From an uncultured Candidatus Saccharibacteria bacterium (GTDB taxonomy: Bacteria > Patescibacteriota > Doudnabacteria > UBA920), in NCBI GenBank assembly GCA_964474825.1, contig CAYYWQ010000001.1, positions 549,609-613,608 of the forward strand: a stretch of 64,000 nt of DNA, written 5' to 3'. Under the pieces are notes generated by a model that did not search any database, was not told where the DNA came from, and was given only the letters and a program-made list of their open reading frames with translations. The position numbers were made by a program, and so were the translations under genes. This document shows, piece after piece, positions 17,742-27,117 of this stretch (positions are counted from its first letter, which is position 1; each line of letters opens with the position of its first letter).

Positions 17742-19478
17742 CTACTTTCTGGTTGGCGGGATATGCAAATAATTTAAAATAAACTGGGCCATTTGGCCAA
17801 AGACGGGCCCTGCTGTGCTTTCCGCGTATTGTACGTCGCGCGGATGGTCAATGCGAATAAGCATTACAAACTGCGGGTCATCCACGGGTCCGTATCCTAT
17901 AAACGAACCAATGTTGTTATGCTCGTCATAACCCGGCTTGCCGTCTGTTCGTGGCACCTGCGCGGTTCCAGTTTTGCCGGCAATATAATAACCCGGCACC
18001 GCGGCGCGTTTTCCAAAACCTTTCTCCACTACATCCACCAACATGGCTGAAGTTTGGTAAGCGGTTTTGGAAGACACCGGCTGACCAACGACCACGGGAT
18101 CCGTGTTCACAACCTTACCGTCAGGAAAAATTTTGGTCTGGACAATATACGGCTTCATCATTTTGCCGCCATTCGCCAAAGCGCCATAGGATTGCAGCAT
18201 TTGAATTGGGGTTACACTAATACCCTGGCCAAAACTTGCTGTGTAATAATTTACCGTAATATTCCCTTTAAGTATGCCACTTAAGTCACCGCTAAGTTCC
18301 GGCAATTCAATTCCGGTTTTTTGGCCGAACCCAAAAGCTTTTACGTATTTTAAAAATTCACTGTTGCCGATTTGGGTTTGGGCGAAAATCGCCCCAGTGT
18401 TTAACGAAAAATCCAGAGCTTCTATCATGGTTTGCTTCCCGCGGGCTCCGGGTTCCGCGTTTTTTATGGTATAGCCGTCAACTTTTACCTGGCCGGTGTC
18501 CACAAAAGTAGTTTCTGGGGTGAGTTTATTTTCATTAATGGCCGCGGCCATGGTAATGGCTTTAAAAGTTGAGCCGGGTTCAAACACCCCTATGGTTGCC
18601 TGATTGCTAAAAATTTTAGATTCCGAAACTTTTCCAAAATTATTAGGGTCAAAATCCGGATAGGCGGCCATTGTTAAAATTGCCCCTGTTTTTGGGTCCA
18701 TAACTATAATACTGCCGCTGTCCGCGCCATGCCTGCTAACTGCTTCGGCTAAAACCGTTTGCGCGTGGAACTGGATATTTTTATCCACAGTTAAAATTAA
18801 ATTTACGCCATCCACAGCCGGCTCGCCTTGGCGCTGGGCGCCAAAAATCCAGGCGCCACTAATATCTTTTTCTTCATACAAATCGCCATTTTTCCCGGCC
18901 AGGTCTTTGTCAAAATATCGTTCCAGTCCGTACAAACCCACCTTTTGGTTTTGGGCATTGTAGCCTACAAAACCTAAGACATGGCTGAGCAAGTTGTCCT
19001 GCGGATAATAACGACTGTCCTCGGAGTCCAAAAAAATTCCGGAAAGCCCGAGTTGTGTAATTTTGGCCTGCTCCTCCTCGGTTAGTTGTTTTTTGAGCGG
19101 CACGTACTTGCGCGTCTGGTCTGTAATTTTAGTTAGAATATCTGTCGCCTGCAAACCTAAAGCCGTGGCTAAACTTTCGGAAGTAAGTTTTGGGTTCTGG
19201 ACTGCCTGAGGCACGGCGTAGACTAAATACTTTTTAGTGTTTGTGGCCACCGGGATTGGCAGCAGTGTTAACTTGTCCACTAAATCAATTTCTCCGCGAG
19301 AGGCCATAAGTTTTAAATAAACGCTGTGCTGCTGCTCAGCCTGCTTCCGCGCAGCGTCGCCGTGAACCACCTGTAGCATAAACAACCGGCCAATAATTAC
19401 AGCCAGGGCCAATAACAAAAAAACAGTCAACACGGCTGTTCTTTGGCGAAATATATCTTTGCGGGGAGATGCAACCAT
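17742..19478 (-). CDS. ftsI: Peptidoglycan D,D-transpeptidase FtsI/PBP2-type penicillin-binding protein
   Basis: N-terminal TM plus dimerisation domain. Transpeptidase motifs STFK (FEPGSTFKAI) and KTG (AGKTGTAQ). Lies in the dcw cluster. Confidence 0.85.
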   Translation of the reverse strand: MVASPRKDIFRQRTAVLTVFLLLALAVIIGRLFMLQVVHGDAARKQAEQQHSVYLKLMASRGEIDLVDKLTLLPIPVATNTKKYLVYAVPQAVQNPKLTSESLATALGLQATDILTKITDQTRKYVPLKKQLTEEEQAKITQLGLSGIFLDSEDSRYYPQDNLLSHVLGFVGYNAQNQKVGLYGLERYFDKDLAGKNGDLYEEKDISGAWIFGAQRQGEPAVDGVNLILTVDKNIQFHAQTVLAEAVSRHGADSGSIIVMDPKTGAILTMAAYPDFDPNNFGKVSESKIFSNQATIGVFEPGSTFKAITMAAAINENKLTPETTFVDTGQVKVDGYTIKNAEPGARGKQTMIEALDFSLNTGAIFAQTQIGNSEFLKYVKAFGFGQKTGIELPELSGDLSGILKGNITVNYYTASFGQGISVTPIQMLQSYGALANGGKMMKPYIVQTKIFPDGKVVNTDPVVVGQPVSSKTAYQTSAMLVDVVEKGFGKRAAVPGYYIAGKTGTAQVPRTDGKPGYDEHNNIGSFIGYGPVDDPQFVMLIRIDHPRDVQYAESTAGPVFGQMAQFILNYLHIPPTRK

Positions 19479-19502
19479 GGCTAAATCAAAATAGTTAAAT
19501 TA

Positions 19503-19886
19503 CTAGAGTCCTTGGCTAACGGTATTTTGGATTACCGAGACAATTGTATAAGAAAGCATTACAATAATCAATCCAATAATTGCGTTTGTCACGGTTTTCC
19601 TGCCGCGCTCAGCGCGTTCCTGGTTACCGTTTGAGGTTATATAGAAAAAGCCACCAATTATAATAAATAAGACTGCTAGACTGCCGGAAATAAATAACAG
19701 TAGATGTATAATGCTTAAAATCAGTTCCACTAATGTCTGGGAGCAGGCCGGACCCTCGTTACAAAACAATGATCTAATGGCATTCAATCCAAAAATGTCA
19801 CTGCCGCCACTGGCAAAAGCCAAAGCCGGAAAAAATAACAAGGCGACCGCAGCAAATGAAAATATTTTCTTAAAAATTATTTTCAT
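19503..19886 (-). CDS. Small secreted two-TM protein with TrbC/VirB2 pilin-like topology
   Basis: Signal peptide, then two hydrophobic helices separated by the short polar loop SNGNQERAERGRK. Sits between ftsL and ftsI. Confidence 0.4.
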   Translation of the reverse strand: MKIIFKKIFSFAAVALLFFPALAFASGGSDIFGLNAIRSLFCNEGPACSQTLVELILSIIHLLLFISGSLAVLFIIIGGFFYITSNGNQERAERGRKTVTNAIIGLIIVMLSYTIVSVIQNTVSQGL

Positions 19887-19898
19887 AGGCAGCCAAGA

Positions 19899-20270
19899 TT
19901 ACCGCTTACTCAGCTGGTTAACCTGCAAAAACTGTGGTGTTCCGGCAGGGACAAAGTCCGCTCCCAAAACCTGGCTCTGCACAGTAATCATAGAAGAAAC
20001 CTGCGCAACTTTTACGGTTAACTTTTGGTTAGCCTCGGTTAAGCCGGCCAAATGGTTTTGAAGTTTTTTTATTTCATAACCCGTGGAGGCGTAACTGTTA
20101 ACAGAAACTAAGTAGTCTGCCAAAATTAAAACAGACACAGCCACCAAAAACACGGCAGCCCATTTCTGCCAGGGCGACGGCTTACTAACTGTAAAACGCT
20201 TTACCGCGGACGTTTGCCTGTTTGGAACAGACATGCCAAAAAAATTATCTAAAGCTAAGCCTCTGATCAT
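19899..20270 (-). CDS. ftsL: Cell division protein FtsL-like (single TM plus coiled coil)
   Basis: 123 aa, TM WAAVFLVAVSVLILA, then a heptad-like region, positioned between rsmH and ftsI. Confidence 0.6.
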   Translation of the reverse strand: MIRGLALDNFFGMSVPNRQTSAVKRFTVSKPSPWQKWAAVFLVAVSVLILADYLVSVNSYASTGYEIKKLQNHLAGLTEANQKLTVKVAQVSSMITVQSQVLGADFVPAGTPQFLQVNQLSKR

Positions 20271-20346
20271 ATTATTTTTTTATTTTTATTTTGATTTTAT
20301 ATTTGGGGGACGCTTTGGTTTTGATTTTGACTTTCATATGCATTGC

Positions 20347-21276
20347 TTACAATTTTATTACTGCCCTCAGTTTTGCCGGCTTGGATCTGGAGTTGCTTGC
20401 CTGTTCAGCTTCAGATGCCGAGACCAGTTTTTTTGTTAAAATTTTTGCTTTTGGGTTTTTGCCGCAAATACATTGCGGGAAATCCAGCGGGCACACACAC
20501 CCTTTAGTTAATCCTACAAAAAACTGCTTAACCATCCTGTCCTCAAGTGAATGAAAGCTTACTATTGCCAATCTGCCGCCCGGAGCCAGTATGTCAAACG
20601 CTTTAGGCAAAAACTCCTCTAAGCTTTGTAGTTCCTGGTTAACTTCTATGCGTAATGCCTGGAAAATTCTTCTGGCGTGGTCATCTGCCTTATGTTTAAT
20701 TGGCTTTGGCAGGGCCTCCTGAATTAACTGATATAGATCTGTGGTGTATTTTATTTCTATTCTCTTTTCTCTATTCCCTATTATCTTCCTTGCTATTTGC
20801 CTGCTAAACTTTTCCTCTCCGTAATCTTCAAAAACTTTTGCTAACCTTTGTTCATCGTAACTGCTTAAAATAAATTTGGCGTCTTCGTTATGCGATTTGT
20901 CATACCGCATGTCCAGCAGTTCTTTTTTTTGGAAACTCATTCCCCTGTTTTCCAGTTCATAAGAAGAAAACCCCAAGTCCGCAACTATACCGCTAATATT
21001 TTCAAATTTGTGATGCGTAACTATTTTATCTATCTGCGAAAAATTGCCGTTCTGTAAGATTAAAGATTTAGGATTTAAGATTAAAGATCTGACATTATCT
21101 ATCGCATCCTGATCTAAATCTATTGCCAATACTTTCCCGTTCGGCTTAATTTTGTCCAATATAGCCGCAGTGTATCCGCCGCCGCCTAAGGTGGCGTCTA
21201 CGAAATTCTGATTGGGACCAGGACTAAGTAACCCAATAACCTCATTAAGTAAAACTGGAATGTGTTCATAAGTCAT
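20347..21276 (-). CDS. rsmH: 16S rRNA (cytosine1402-N4)-methyltransferase
   Basis: …VDATLGGGGY… SAM motif and MraW family features, located after mraZ. Confidence 0.9.
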   Translation of the reverse strand: MTYEHIPVLLNEVIGLLSPGPNQNFVDATLGGGGYTAAILDKIKPNGKVLAIDLDQDAIDNVRSLILNPKSLILQNGNFSQIDKIVTHHKFENISGIVADLGFSSYELENRGMSFQKKELLDMRYDKSHNEDAKFILSSYDEQRLAKVFEDYGEEKFSRQIARKIIGNREKRIEIKYTTDLYQLIQEALPKPIKHKADDHARRIFQALRIEVNQELQSLEEFLPKAFDILAPGGRLAIVSFHSLEDRMVKQFFVGLTKGCVCPLDFPQCICGKNPKAKILTKKLVSASEAEQASNSRSKPAKLRAVIKL

Positions 21277-21281
21277 GTAAA

Positions 21282-21713
21282 TTAAACGCCTAACGAACCT
21301 AATTGCTCTGCGATGGAATTACTGGCTGCCTCGGTCTGTTGTTTGTAAGCCTGCCACAATTCTTCACTCCAAATTTCTATGCGGTTATAAAGTCCGGCCA
21401 CCACAACTTTTTTACTAATTTTGGCAAATTCTTTTAAGTATCCAGGTAAAATAATCCTGCCTTGCTTGTCTACGTCGCAGTCCATAGCACCGGCCAACAT
21501 TAGCCGGGAAAAAGCGCGGGTATTGGCAGTAGAAATTGGGAGACTAGCCAATTTTTCCGCAAGCTTTTTCCATTCCTCAGCCGTGTATAAAAACAGTGAA
21601 TTGTCCAAACCTCTGGTAACAACAACTTTTTGTTTCAATTGCTTCCTAAATTTTACCGGAATGGAAACCCTTCCTTTTTCATCTATACTTGCCTGATATT
21701 CACCAATAAACAT
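21282..21713 (-). CDS. mraZ: Transcriptional regulator MraZ
   Basis: MFIGEYQASIDEKGRVSIPVKFR… duplicated MraZ fold. Confidence 0.9.
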   Translation of the reverse strand: MFIGEYQASIDEKGRVSIPVKFRKQLKQKVVVTRGLDNSLFLYTAEEWKKLAEKLASLPISTANTRAFSRLMLAGAMDCDVDKQGRIILPGYLKEFAKISKKVVVAGLYNRIEIWSEELWQAYKQQTEAASNSIAEQLGSLGV

Positions 21714-21884
21714 ATAGCTACGGAAAGAAGATTAAATTCACTACAGAAAACTACGGAATAATTAAGTTTACTTATCCACCAAACTTACCACTTATCCCCA
21801 CTTTCAACCACTTCATACCATTTAAAGATATTATACACCACAATTCCCCATAGGTCAAAAGGTTTGCAAGTATATTAAAAATAC

Positions 21885-21912
21885 AAAACACCCCTTATTT
21901 AAGGGGTGTTTT
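21885..21912. terminator. Bidirectional terminator hairpin (aaaacacccct-tattta-aggggtgtttt)
   Basis: Perfect stem with A/T runs. Terminates the GC-rich gene at 22045..22944 on the minus strand. Confidence 0.65.
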
Positions 21913-22044
21913 GTGGAAATTTAAAATATTTTATAATCTAATCCACAGGTATAAAAAAATTAAAAAAATGTCGTTTAAAATACAAACAGAAACGCACGCT
22001 CCACCCGGTTAGGCGGCGCGTGCGCGTAGAGATATTCACCGAGG

Positions 22045-22944
22045 TTAACCCCCCAGTCCGGCGAGCAGTTTTGCGGCTTGCCGGGCCTTCTCCAGTTCTC
22101 CGTCGAGCCTTTGATTCTCCGTCTTGAGCGAAGAGATAGCCGTCTGGTTAGCAGCTCTCTCGTCTTTGATCGCCTTAACAGCGGCCGGGGCCTTCTCCAC
22201 TAACTGCTGGAGCAGGCTAAGAAACTCGGCAACCGCCGGTAATTCAACGACATCCGTGGCAACAAACGCCGGCTTCCTGGGCCCGGCGACTTTCTTGCCG
22301 CGCAACTTCCGCAAATGCTGCTCAACGTTCGCCCTTCTTGCCTCCGGAAAACCATTGGCGTGGGCGGCGCTAAGAAGCCACTCGACTTCATCCCTGACCA
22401 CAGGACAATTAGCATAGGCGTTGGCCCGGATGAATTCGGGCAGTTTCCAGGCAATACCCTGCAGTGGATACTTCACAGAGCGCGCCCCGGGATTCGGCTG
22501 CGGAGGATCGGGTGGAGGGGGCGGCGGTTCCGGGTTCGGTTTCAAACCCGATCCGTTACCTGGCGGCGACCCGCCAACGGGCGGGCGCACCACCGCACTG
22601 AGTCGTTCCCTCAGCCTCTGTTGGAGTTTGCCCTGGTCGAAAACCTCATAGGCCAAAATCCGACTCTGGTTATCCTTCATCATCTGTTTTAAGACCACCG
22701 TTTTGTCCTTGGGGATTTCCCGCGGATTGAAAATGACGACCTTGGCCTGTATCAAATTGTGATTGTTAACGGCAATCTCACTCGCCGAAACCTGCAGCAC
22801 CCGAGGGTCGTGCAAGAGGGCAACATTTTCTTGAGCAAAACTAGCTGCCACAGCGCCAATAACCGCAACGCTATGCTTTTCCACTGACGAACTTTCCATA
22901 CCGACCTTTTCATATGCGGATTTAGGAGCATAGATTAACATCAT
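22045..22944 (-). CDS. Hypothetical protein, strongly GC-rich outlier, with a Pro-rich linker
   Basis: 299 aa; by eye the ORF is ~60% GC within a ~40% GC background. Contains PPPPPPDPPQPNP. No recognisable domains. Confidence 0.5.
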   Translation of the reverse strand: MMLIYAPKSAYEKVGMESSSVEKHSVAVIGAVAASFAQENVALLHDPRVLQVSASEIAVNNHNLIQAKVVIFNPREIPKDKTVVLKQMMKDNQSRILAYEVFDQGKLQQRLRERLSAVVRPPVGGSPPGNGSGLKPNPEPPPPPPDPPQPNPGARSVKYPLQGIAWKLPEFIRANAYANCPVVRDEVEWLLSAAHANGFPEARRANVEQHLRKLRGKKVAGPRKPAFVATDVVELPAVAEFLSLLQQLVEKAPAAVKAIKDERAANQTAISSLKTENQRLDGELEKARQAAKLLAGLGG

Positions 22945-23002
22945 CTTCCTCCTAGAGCATAGGGGGATTATAGCTTACATAAGCCTTAATTTCAAGGACA
23001 AA

Positions 23003-23038
23003 AAAACACCCTCAAATATAAAAGGGTGTCTAAAAAAT
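23003..23038. terminator. Bidirectional terminator hairpin (acaccct-caaatataaa-agggtgt), near-duplicate of the 21885..21912 stem
   Basis: Stem flanked by A6 and A6 (U-runs on the minus strand). Terminates the SpoU gene. Confidence 0.6.
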
Positions 23039-23057
23039 CTCTCTTAAATTTATTTAA

Positions 23058-23537
23058 TTATCCCATTTTTATAGCATAGGCAGCGACACCAAAGGCAACA
23101 GAAACGTTTAGGCTTTCTTTTTTGCCGAGCATTGGAATTTCCACGGTTTTGTCGCACAGGCTTAACAAAGATTTTGAAATCCCCTTACGCTCTTCTCCTA
23201 AAATTAAAGCCATGGGAAATTTGGGCTTAAATTTTGTTATGTCTACAGCTCCAGGGTTGTTTTCTAAACCAATAATCTGGACCTTTTGTTTTTTTAAAAT
23301 TCTAATAACGGCCTGAGGGGTTTTAGAATATTCCCAAGCCACCCAAGTTTCCGCTCCTAAGGCCACTTTGCCAATTTTAGAAGAATGCACTTCGTTGTCT
23401 GGCCTGCCCGTAAAACCGGTTAAATAAATTTTAGTAACACCAAACGCGTCGGCCGTACGAAAAATAGAGCCTACGTTATAAAGAGACCTTATGTTATGGC
23501 AAATGACAAAAAAATCTTTAGATTTTGTTTGTGTCAT
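23058..23537 (-). CDS. SpoU/TrmH-family RNA 2'-O-methyltransferase
   Basis: SPOUT motifs …LENNPGAVDI…, …ALILGEERKGIS…, …IPMLGKKESLNVSVAFGVAAYAI. Confidence 0.8.
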   Translation of the reverse strand: MTQTKSKDFFVICHNIRSLYNVGSIFRTADAFGVTKIYLTGFTGRPDNEVHSSKIGKVALGAETWVAWEYSKTPQAVIRILKKQKVQIIGLENNPGAVDITKFKPKFPMALILGEERKGISKSLLSLCDKTVEIPMLGKKESLNVSVAFGVAAYAIKMG

Positions 23538-24042
23538 TTTGTTTAGCTTTTTTCCTTAAGACAAAAAACCAAAATAAATAAACTAGGGCGATTAACGAAT
23601 AATTTATAACCATAAACAACGGGTGCCCCCAAGAAGTCCCGTGATCAAACTTGTAACCGGACAATGGGTACAAAAGCGGGGTTTCGTAAAAGCCTTTGTG
23701 AGTAAAAACATCTATTGCAATATGCAAAGCCCAGCCCCATAGTGGCCAATATACTTTACCACGGCGGATTATTGTAACTATTAACATTACAACAGCAAAA
23801 GTTACAAAGCTATGCGTCCAGTTATAGGACCAGGAAGCGTAGCGGAACATCCAGGAACCGGAATTAAAAGTTTCAATTCCAAAATGGCTGCGGCTAAAAA
23901 TTAAGAAGAAAAAGGCCGGGGTAAAAGAAAGTAAGTCCGGCATTAAGCCAAAAAATATCGCCCAATAGCGACTGGCTTTTTCAGTGGTGTAATTTTTGTA
24001 AAACACCGCGTTAGTCCATAACGCGTGGGCAAAAACATCCAT
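23518..24042 (-). CDS. Membrane-bound metal-dependent hydrolase (YdjM/DUF457-like)
   Basis: His-rich TM protein (HALW…H…HIAIDVFTH). Confidence 0.5.
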   Translation of the reverse strand: MDVFAHALWTNAVFYKNYTTEKASRYWAIFFGLMPDLLSFTPAFFFLIFSRSHFGIETFNSGSWMFRYASWSYNWTHSFVTFAVVMLIVTIIRRGKVYWPLWGWALHIAIDVFTHKGFYETPLLYPLSGYKFDHGTSWGHPLFMVINYSLIALVYLFWFFVLRKKAKQNDTNKI

Positions 24043-24058
24043 ATTTAAAAATATAATT

Positions 24059-24466
24059 TCAAACTAACAGGTTCAAATTTAAATCCGCGTTCAATTCCCG
24101 CTTTAACTCGCCTTCTAATTTTATTAAAAAAATTTCGCAGGTAAGGGAAACAAGTAACTTGCTTATATGTCCGCCAATTAAAGAAAAATCGGTCTTTCCA
24201 AAACTGCCGTGCATATGAAGTGCACCATTGCCGCCGTTGCCCGTGAGCGAAACAATTTCCAAGTCTTCCTGGAATATTTTTTTCTCATATTCTTTTTTGG
24301 AAAAATTAAAATAGGCCAGCTCAAGATCTGAACAGGCCCCCAAACCGTTAAACGCGCATGCGGTAATTTTTTGGTCAGCCAAAAATTGCTTTAACGCGGC
24401 AATAACTTCTTCGCCCCTGTCAAAACGCAAAATATAACGACGGTTGTCTTGTATGACAACTTTCAT
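24059..24466 (-). CDS. PPC/DUF296-domain protein
   Basis: …LRFDRGEEVIAALKQFLADQKI…GLGACSDLELAYF…SLTGNGGNGALHMHGSFG… is PPC-like. Confidence 0.6.
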   Translation of the reverse strand: MKVVIQDNRRYILRFDRGEEVIAALKQFLADQKITACAFNGLGACSDLELAYFNFSKKEYEKKIFQEDLEIVSLTGNGGNGALHMHGSFGKTDFSLIGGHISKLLVSLTCEIFLIKLEGELKRELNADLNLNLLV

Positions 24467-24470
24467 TTGT

Positions 24471-24854
24471 TTAAGAAAGTTTAACGCTTCTGGCTAAAAC
24501 GTCTTTGACTTTTTGAATAACATTGTCTATAGACTGGTCAGACTTAAGTAAATAGTCTACAGCGCCGGCTTCCACAATTTTGCTAATAGTTTCCACGTCG
24601 CCTATGTTAGTTAAAACTATAACAGCGGTGTTAGCAGTTTCCGGGTTGGCTTTAAGCTCCCACAGAACTGAAATACCATCCAACTTTGGCATCATAATGT
24701 CTAAAAGCAAAAGATTAGGTTTAACCTCTTTGCATTTGGCAACGGCCTCTTCTCCGTCATAAGCCGGGATTGGCTCATAACCCGCACTCTTTAGCGCCTC
24801 ACACAACGAGCCGGAAATAAGCTTGTCGTCTTCAGCGACTACAATGGTTGTCAT
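24471..24854 (-). CDS. Response-regulator receiver protein (REC only)
   Basis: IVVAEDD…LLLLDIMMPKLDG… CheY-like, immediately downstream of the histidine kinase. Confidence 0.85.
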   Translation of the reverse strand: MTTIVVAEDDKLISGSLCEALKSAGYEPIPAYDGEEAVAKCKEVKPNLLLLDIMMPKLDGISVLWELKANPETANTAVIVLTNIGDVETISKIVEAGAVDYLLKSDQSIDNVIQKVKDVLARSVKLS

Positions 24855-24967
24855 GTTAATTTCCTTTCTGTCTTTACTAACTACTAATTAATTACGAATA
24901 TACTAATGCTGGCAATTTAACTCGTATATTAGTATGACTTCGTAGTTCGTAAAGCCAGTTTGTTATT

Positions 24968-26626
24968 TTAAATTGGTAATGAAAAATTAAAGGTTGACCC
25001 CAAATTTTCTCCGGCGCTTTCCGCCCAAATTTTCCCCTTATGGGCTTCTATAATACCTCGGCTAACTACTAACCCTAAACCAGTGCCTTTACGGCTGCGG
25101 TCGCCGCTGTTTAACTGCTTGAACTTGGAGAACAACTGGTTTACGTCTTCATGGGAAACTCCTATACCGCTGTCTTTAACGCCCACAACTACTTGCTTGC
25201 CTGCCGCGTCGGGATTTACATTCACCTCAATTGTCCCGCTGTCAGTGTATTTTATGGCGTTACTAAGCAAATTCCCCAAAACCTGGGAAATTCTTACCCT
25301 ATCAAATTTTACCATATATTTGTCCGGGGTGGTAGAAGTAATGGTTAAATGCTTGCCTTCAGCTTGCGGTGTAAAAGCTTTAATTTGTTCTTTAACTACT
25401 TCCACTAAATCGTAACTTTGCTGATTCAATTCAAATTTACCAGCCTCAATTTTAGCAACGTCCAGCAAGTCGTTGACCAATTCCAGCATGTTATTGGAAG
25501 CGGTTTCAATTGTGAGCACTGTGTCTTTAACTTTAGCGGGGTCAACTCCCTGGTTAGCAGCCAAATTCTTAAGCATGGACTCCGAAGACCAACGCACTGC
25601 GGTTAACGGCGCGCGTAATTCATGCACCATCATTGCCGTAAATTCCTGCCGTGTTTTTTCCAAAGTTTTTTCGGTGGTAATGTCGTGGAAAACTACACTA
25701 ACCCCCAACTTTTCGTTTTGCCCTGTTTTCACCGGGGAAATTCCTAAATACAAAGCTTTGTCTTTAACGAATACCTCCTCAACAAACAAAGGCTTGTCTT
25801 CACTTAAAGCTTGTTCAATTTTTGTGCGAATATCTACCTTGCCGGCCAATCCGTCTACAATGTCAAACATAGTTAAAGGCTTTCCGGGTGCCGGATTAAA
25901 CAAGGCGGCCGCGGCCGGGTTATGCACCAAAAGGCGATTATCCGCCGAAACCATAATTACACCGTCTGTTAAGGAGTAAATAATGGCGGAAAGCTTGCCT
26001 TTTTCGTTTTCCAATACGGTTTGCAATTTAGACACTGCCATGGAAGCCTGGTTAGTAATGGCGTAAAGAATGGAGGCCTGCTGTTCCCCATAACGGCCGC
26101 GCTCAGAAGACGCCACGTTTATCATACCCACCAACCTGCCGGAAATTACTACCGGCAAGTTAAAAAATGACCTGACTGTAATTTTTAAATTTTCGTCTAA
26201 AATATTTCCGGTTATACTTTCGTCCAGTTTTTTGGTATTCAGCTCGTTTCCTAAAATAGCACCGAAAGACAAAAGCATTTTTTCCTTAACTTCTTCAATA
26301 AATTCATGGTTAACCGTACGCTCAACGTGGCATTTAAAAGCAATGCCGCCGTCTTCGGCAATTATCATGTAGGCTACGGTGTCGTAATCTAAAAGGTTCC
26401 CCAAACTACTGGTAATAATATCTATAATCTTGGCAGTGTCCAAGGAATAACCAATACGGTCGTTAATTTCCTTTAACACTTCGGCCTGATAAACTTTTTG
26501 CTGCAATTCCAAAGACTGTCCGGCCTGCTGACGCAAAAATTTGCGTTCACGCCAAGACGAATAAATATAACCGGCCAAAACAACGGCCAGCATTACAAAA
26601 TCTATTGCAAGAAGTATATTTAGCAC
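24968..26626 (-). CDS. Sensor histidine kinase (TM-GAF/PAS-HisKA-HATPase_c)
   Basis: H-box …HELRAPLTAVRW…, N-box …LLSNAIKYT…, G-boxes …DSGIGV… and GTGLGL. Confidence 0.85.
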   Translation of the reverse strand: MLNILLAIDFVMLAVVLAGYIYSSWRERKFLRQQAGQSLELQQKVYQAEVLKEINDRIGYSLDTAKIIDIITSSLGNLLDYDTVAYMIIAEDGGIAFKCHVERTVNHEFIEEVKEKMLLSFGAILGNELNTKKLDESITGNILDENLKITVRSFFNLPVVISGRLVGMINVASSERGRYGEQQASILYAITNQASMAVSKLQTVLENEKGKLSAIIYSLTDGVIMVSADNRLLVHNPAAAALFNPAPGKPLTMFDIVDGLAGKVDIRTKIEQALSEDKPLFVEEVFVKDKALYLGISPVKTGQNEKLGVSVVFHDITTEKTLEKTRQEFTAMMVHELRAPLTAVRWSSESMLKNLAANQGVDPAKVKDTVLTIETASNNMLELVNDLLDVAKIEAGKFELNQQSYDLVEVVKEQIKAFTPQAEGKHLTITSTTPDKYMVKFDRVRISQVLGNLLSNAIKYTDSGTIEVNVNPDAAGKQVVVGVKDSGIGVSHEDVNQLFSKFKQLNSGDRSRKGTGLGLVVSRGIIEAHKGKIWAESAGENLGSTFNFSLPI

Positions 26627-26691
26627 AATTTTTTGTTTTTAAGACACTAACACATTGCTGTTTTAGTGTCGGGTCTCCTATTAGTTTCGAT

Positions 26692-27009
26692 TTATATGCC
26701 TTTTAAAGTAGGATATTTTTCCAATAAAGTATTCAAAGTCATTTGGGCAATTTGACCAGAAAGATTCATATATTCATTAGCCACGCCTTTAAGCACCAGC
26801 TGTGGATCACCGTCCATGTCTAAAACCGTCCCGTCGTCCGTAACTTTTAGTCCCTGGATTTTTCTGGCTTTGTCTAATGCAATGTTCGGGCCCAAAACTA
26901 CCATTTGTTTCTGAATAAGGTCCGTAAGCATTTTTTTATACTCTTCTTGGTCTGCCATAGTTTTTTCCTCAAATTTTAGGTTTAATTTGTATGCTTCATT
27001 ATACCACAT
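26692..27009 (-). CDS. Hypothetical small protein (true start possibly MADQEE at 26958)
   Basis: ORF only. No recognised motif. Confidence 0.4.
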   Translation of the reverse strand: MWYNEAYKLNLKFEEKTMADQEEYKKMLTDLIQKQMVVLGPNIALDKARKIQGLKVTDDGTVLDMDGDPQLVLKGVANEYMNLSGQIAQMTLNTLLEKYPTLKGI

Positions 27010-27011
27010 TT

Positions 27012-27116
27012 TCTACTAAATACTAAAATAAACTAAAAATACGAAACCGGCCACAATCTTCAGCCAGGATAAAAATTTGGATTTAGTATTTTTAGTTCTT
27101 TTAGTATTTAGTAGAG
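27012..27116. repeat. Large AT-rich inverted repeat (~30-bp arms, 43-bp spacer) filling the dinB/downstream-gene junction
   Basis: Arms ctactaaatactaaaataaactaaaaatac and gtatttttagttcttttagtatttagtag differ by one mismatch and one indel. Confidence 0.7.
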
Positions 27117-27117
27117 A

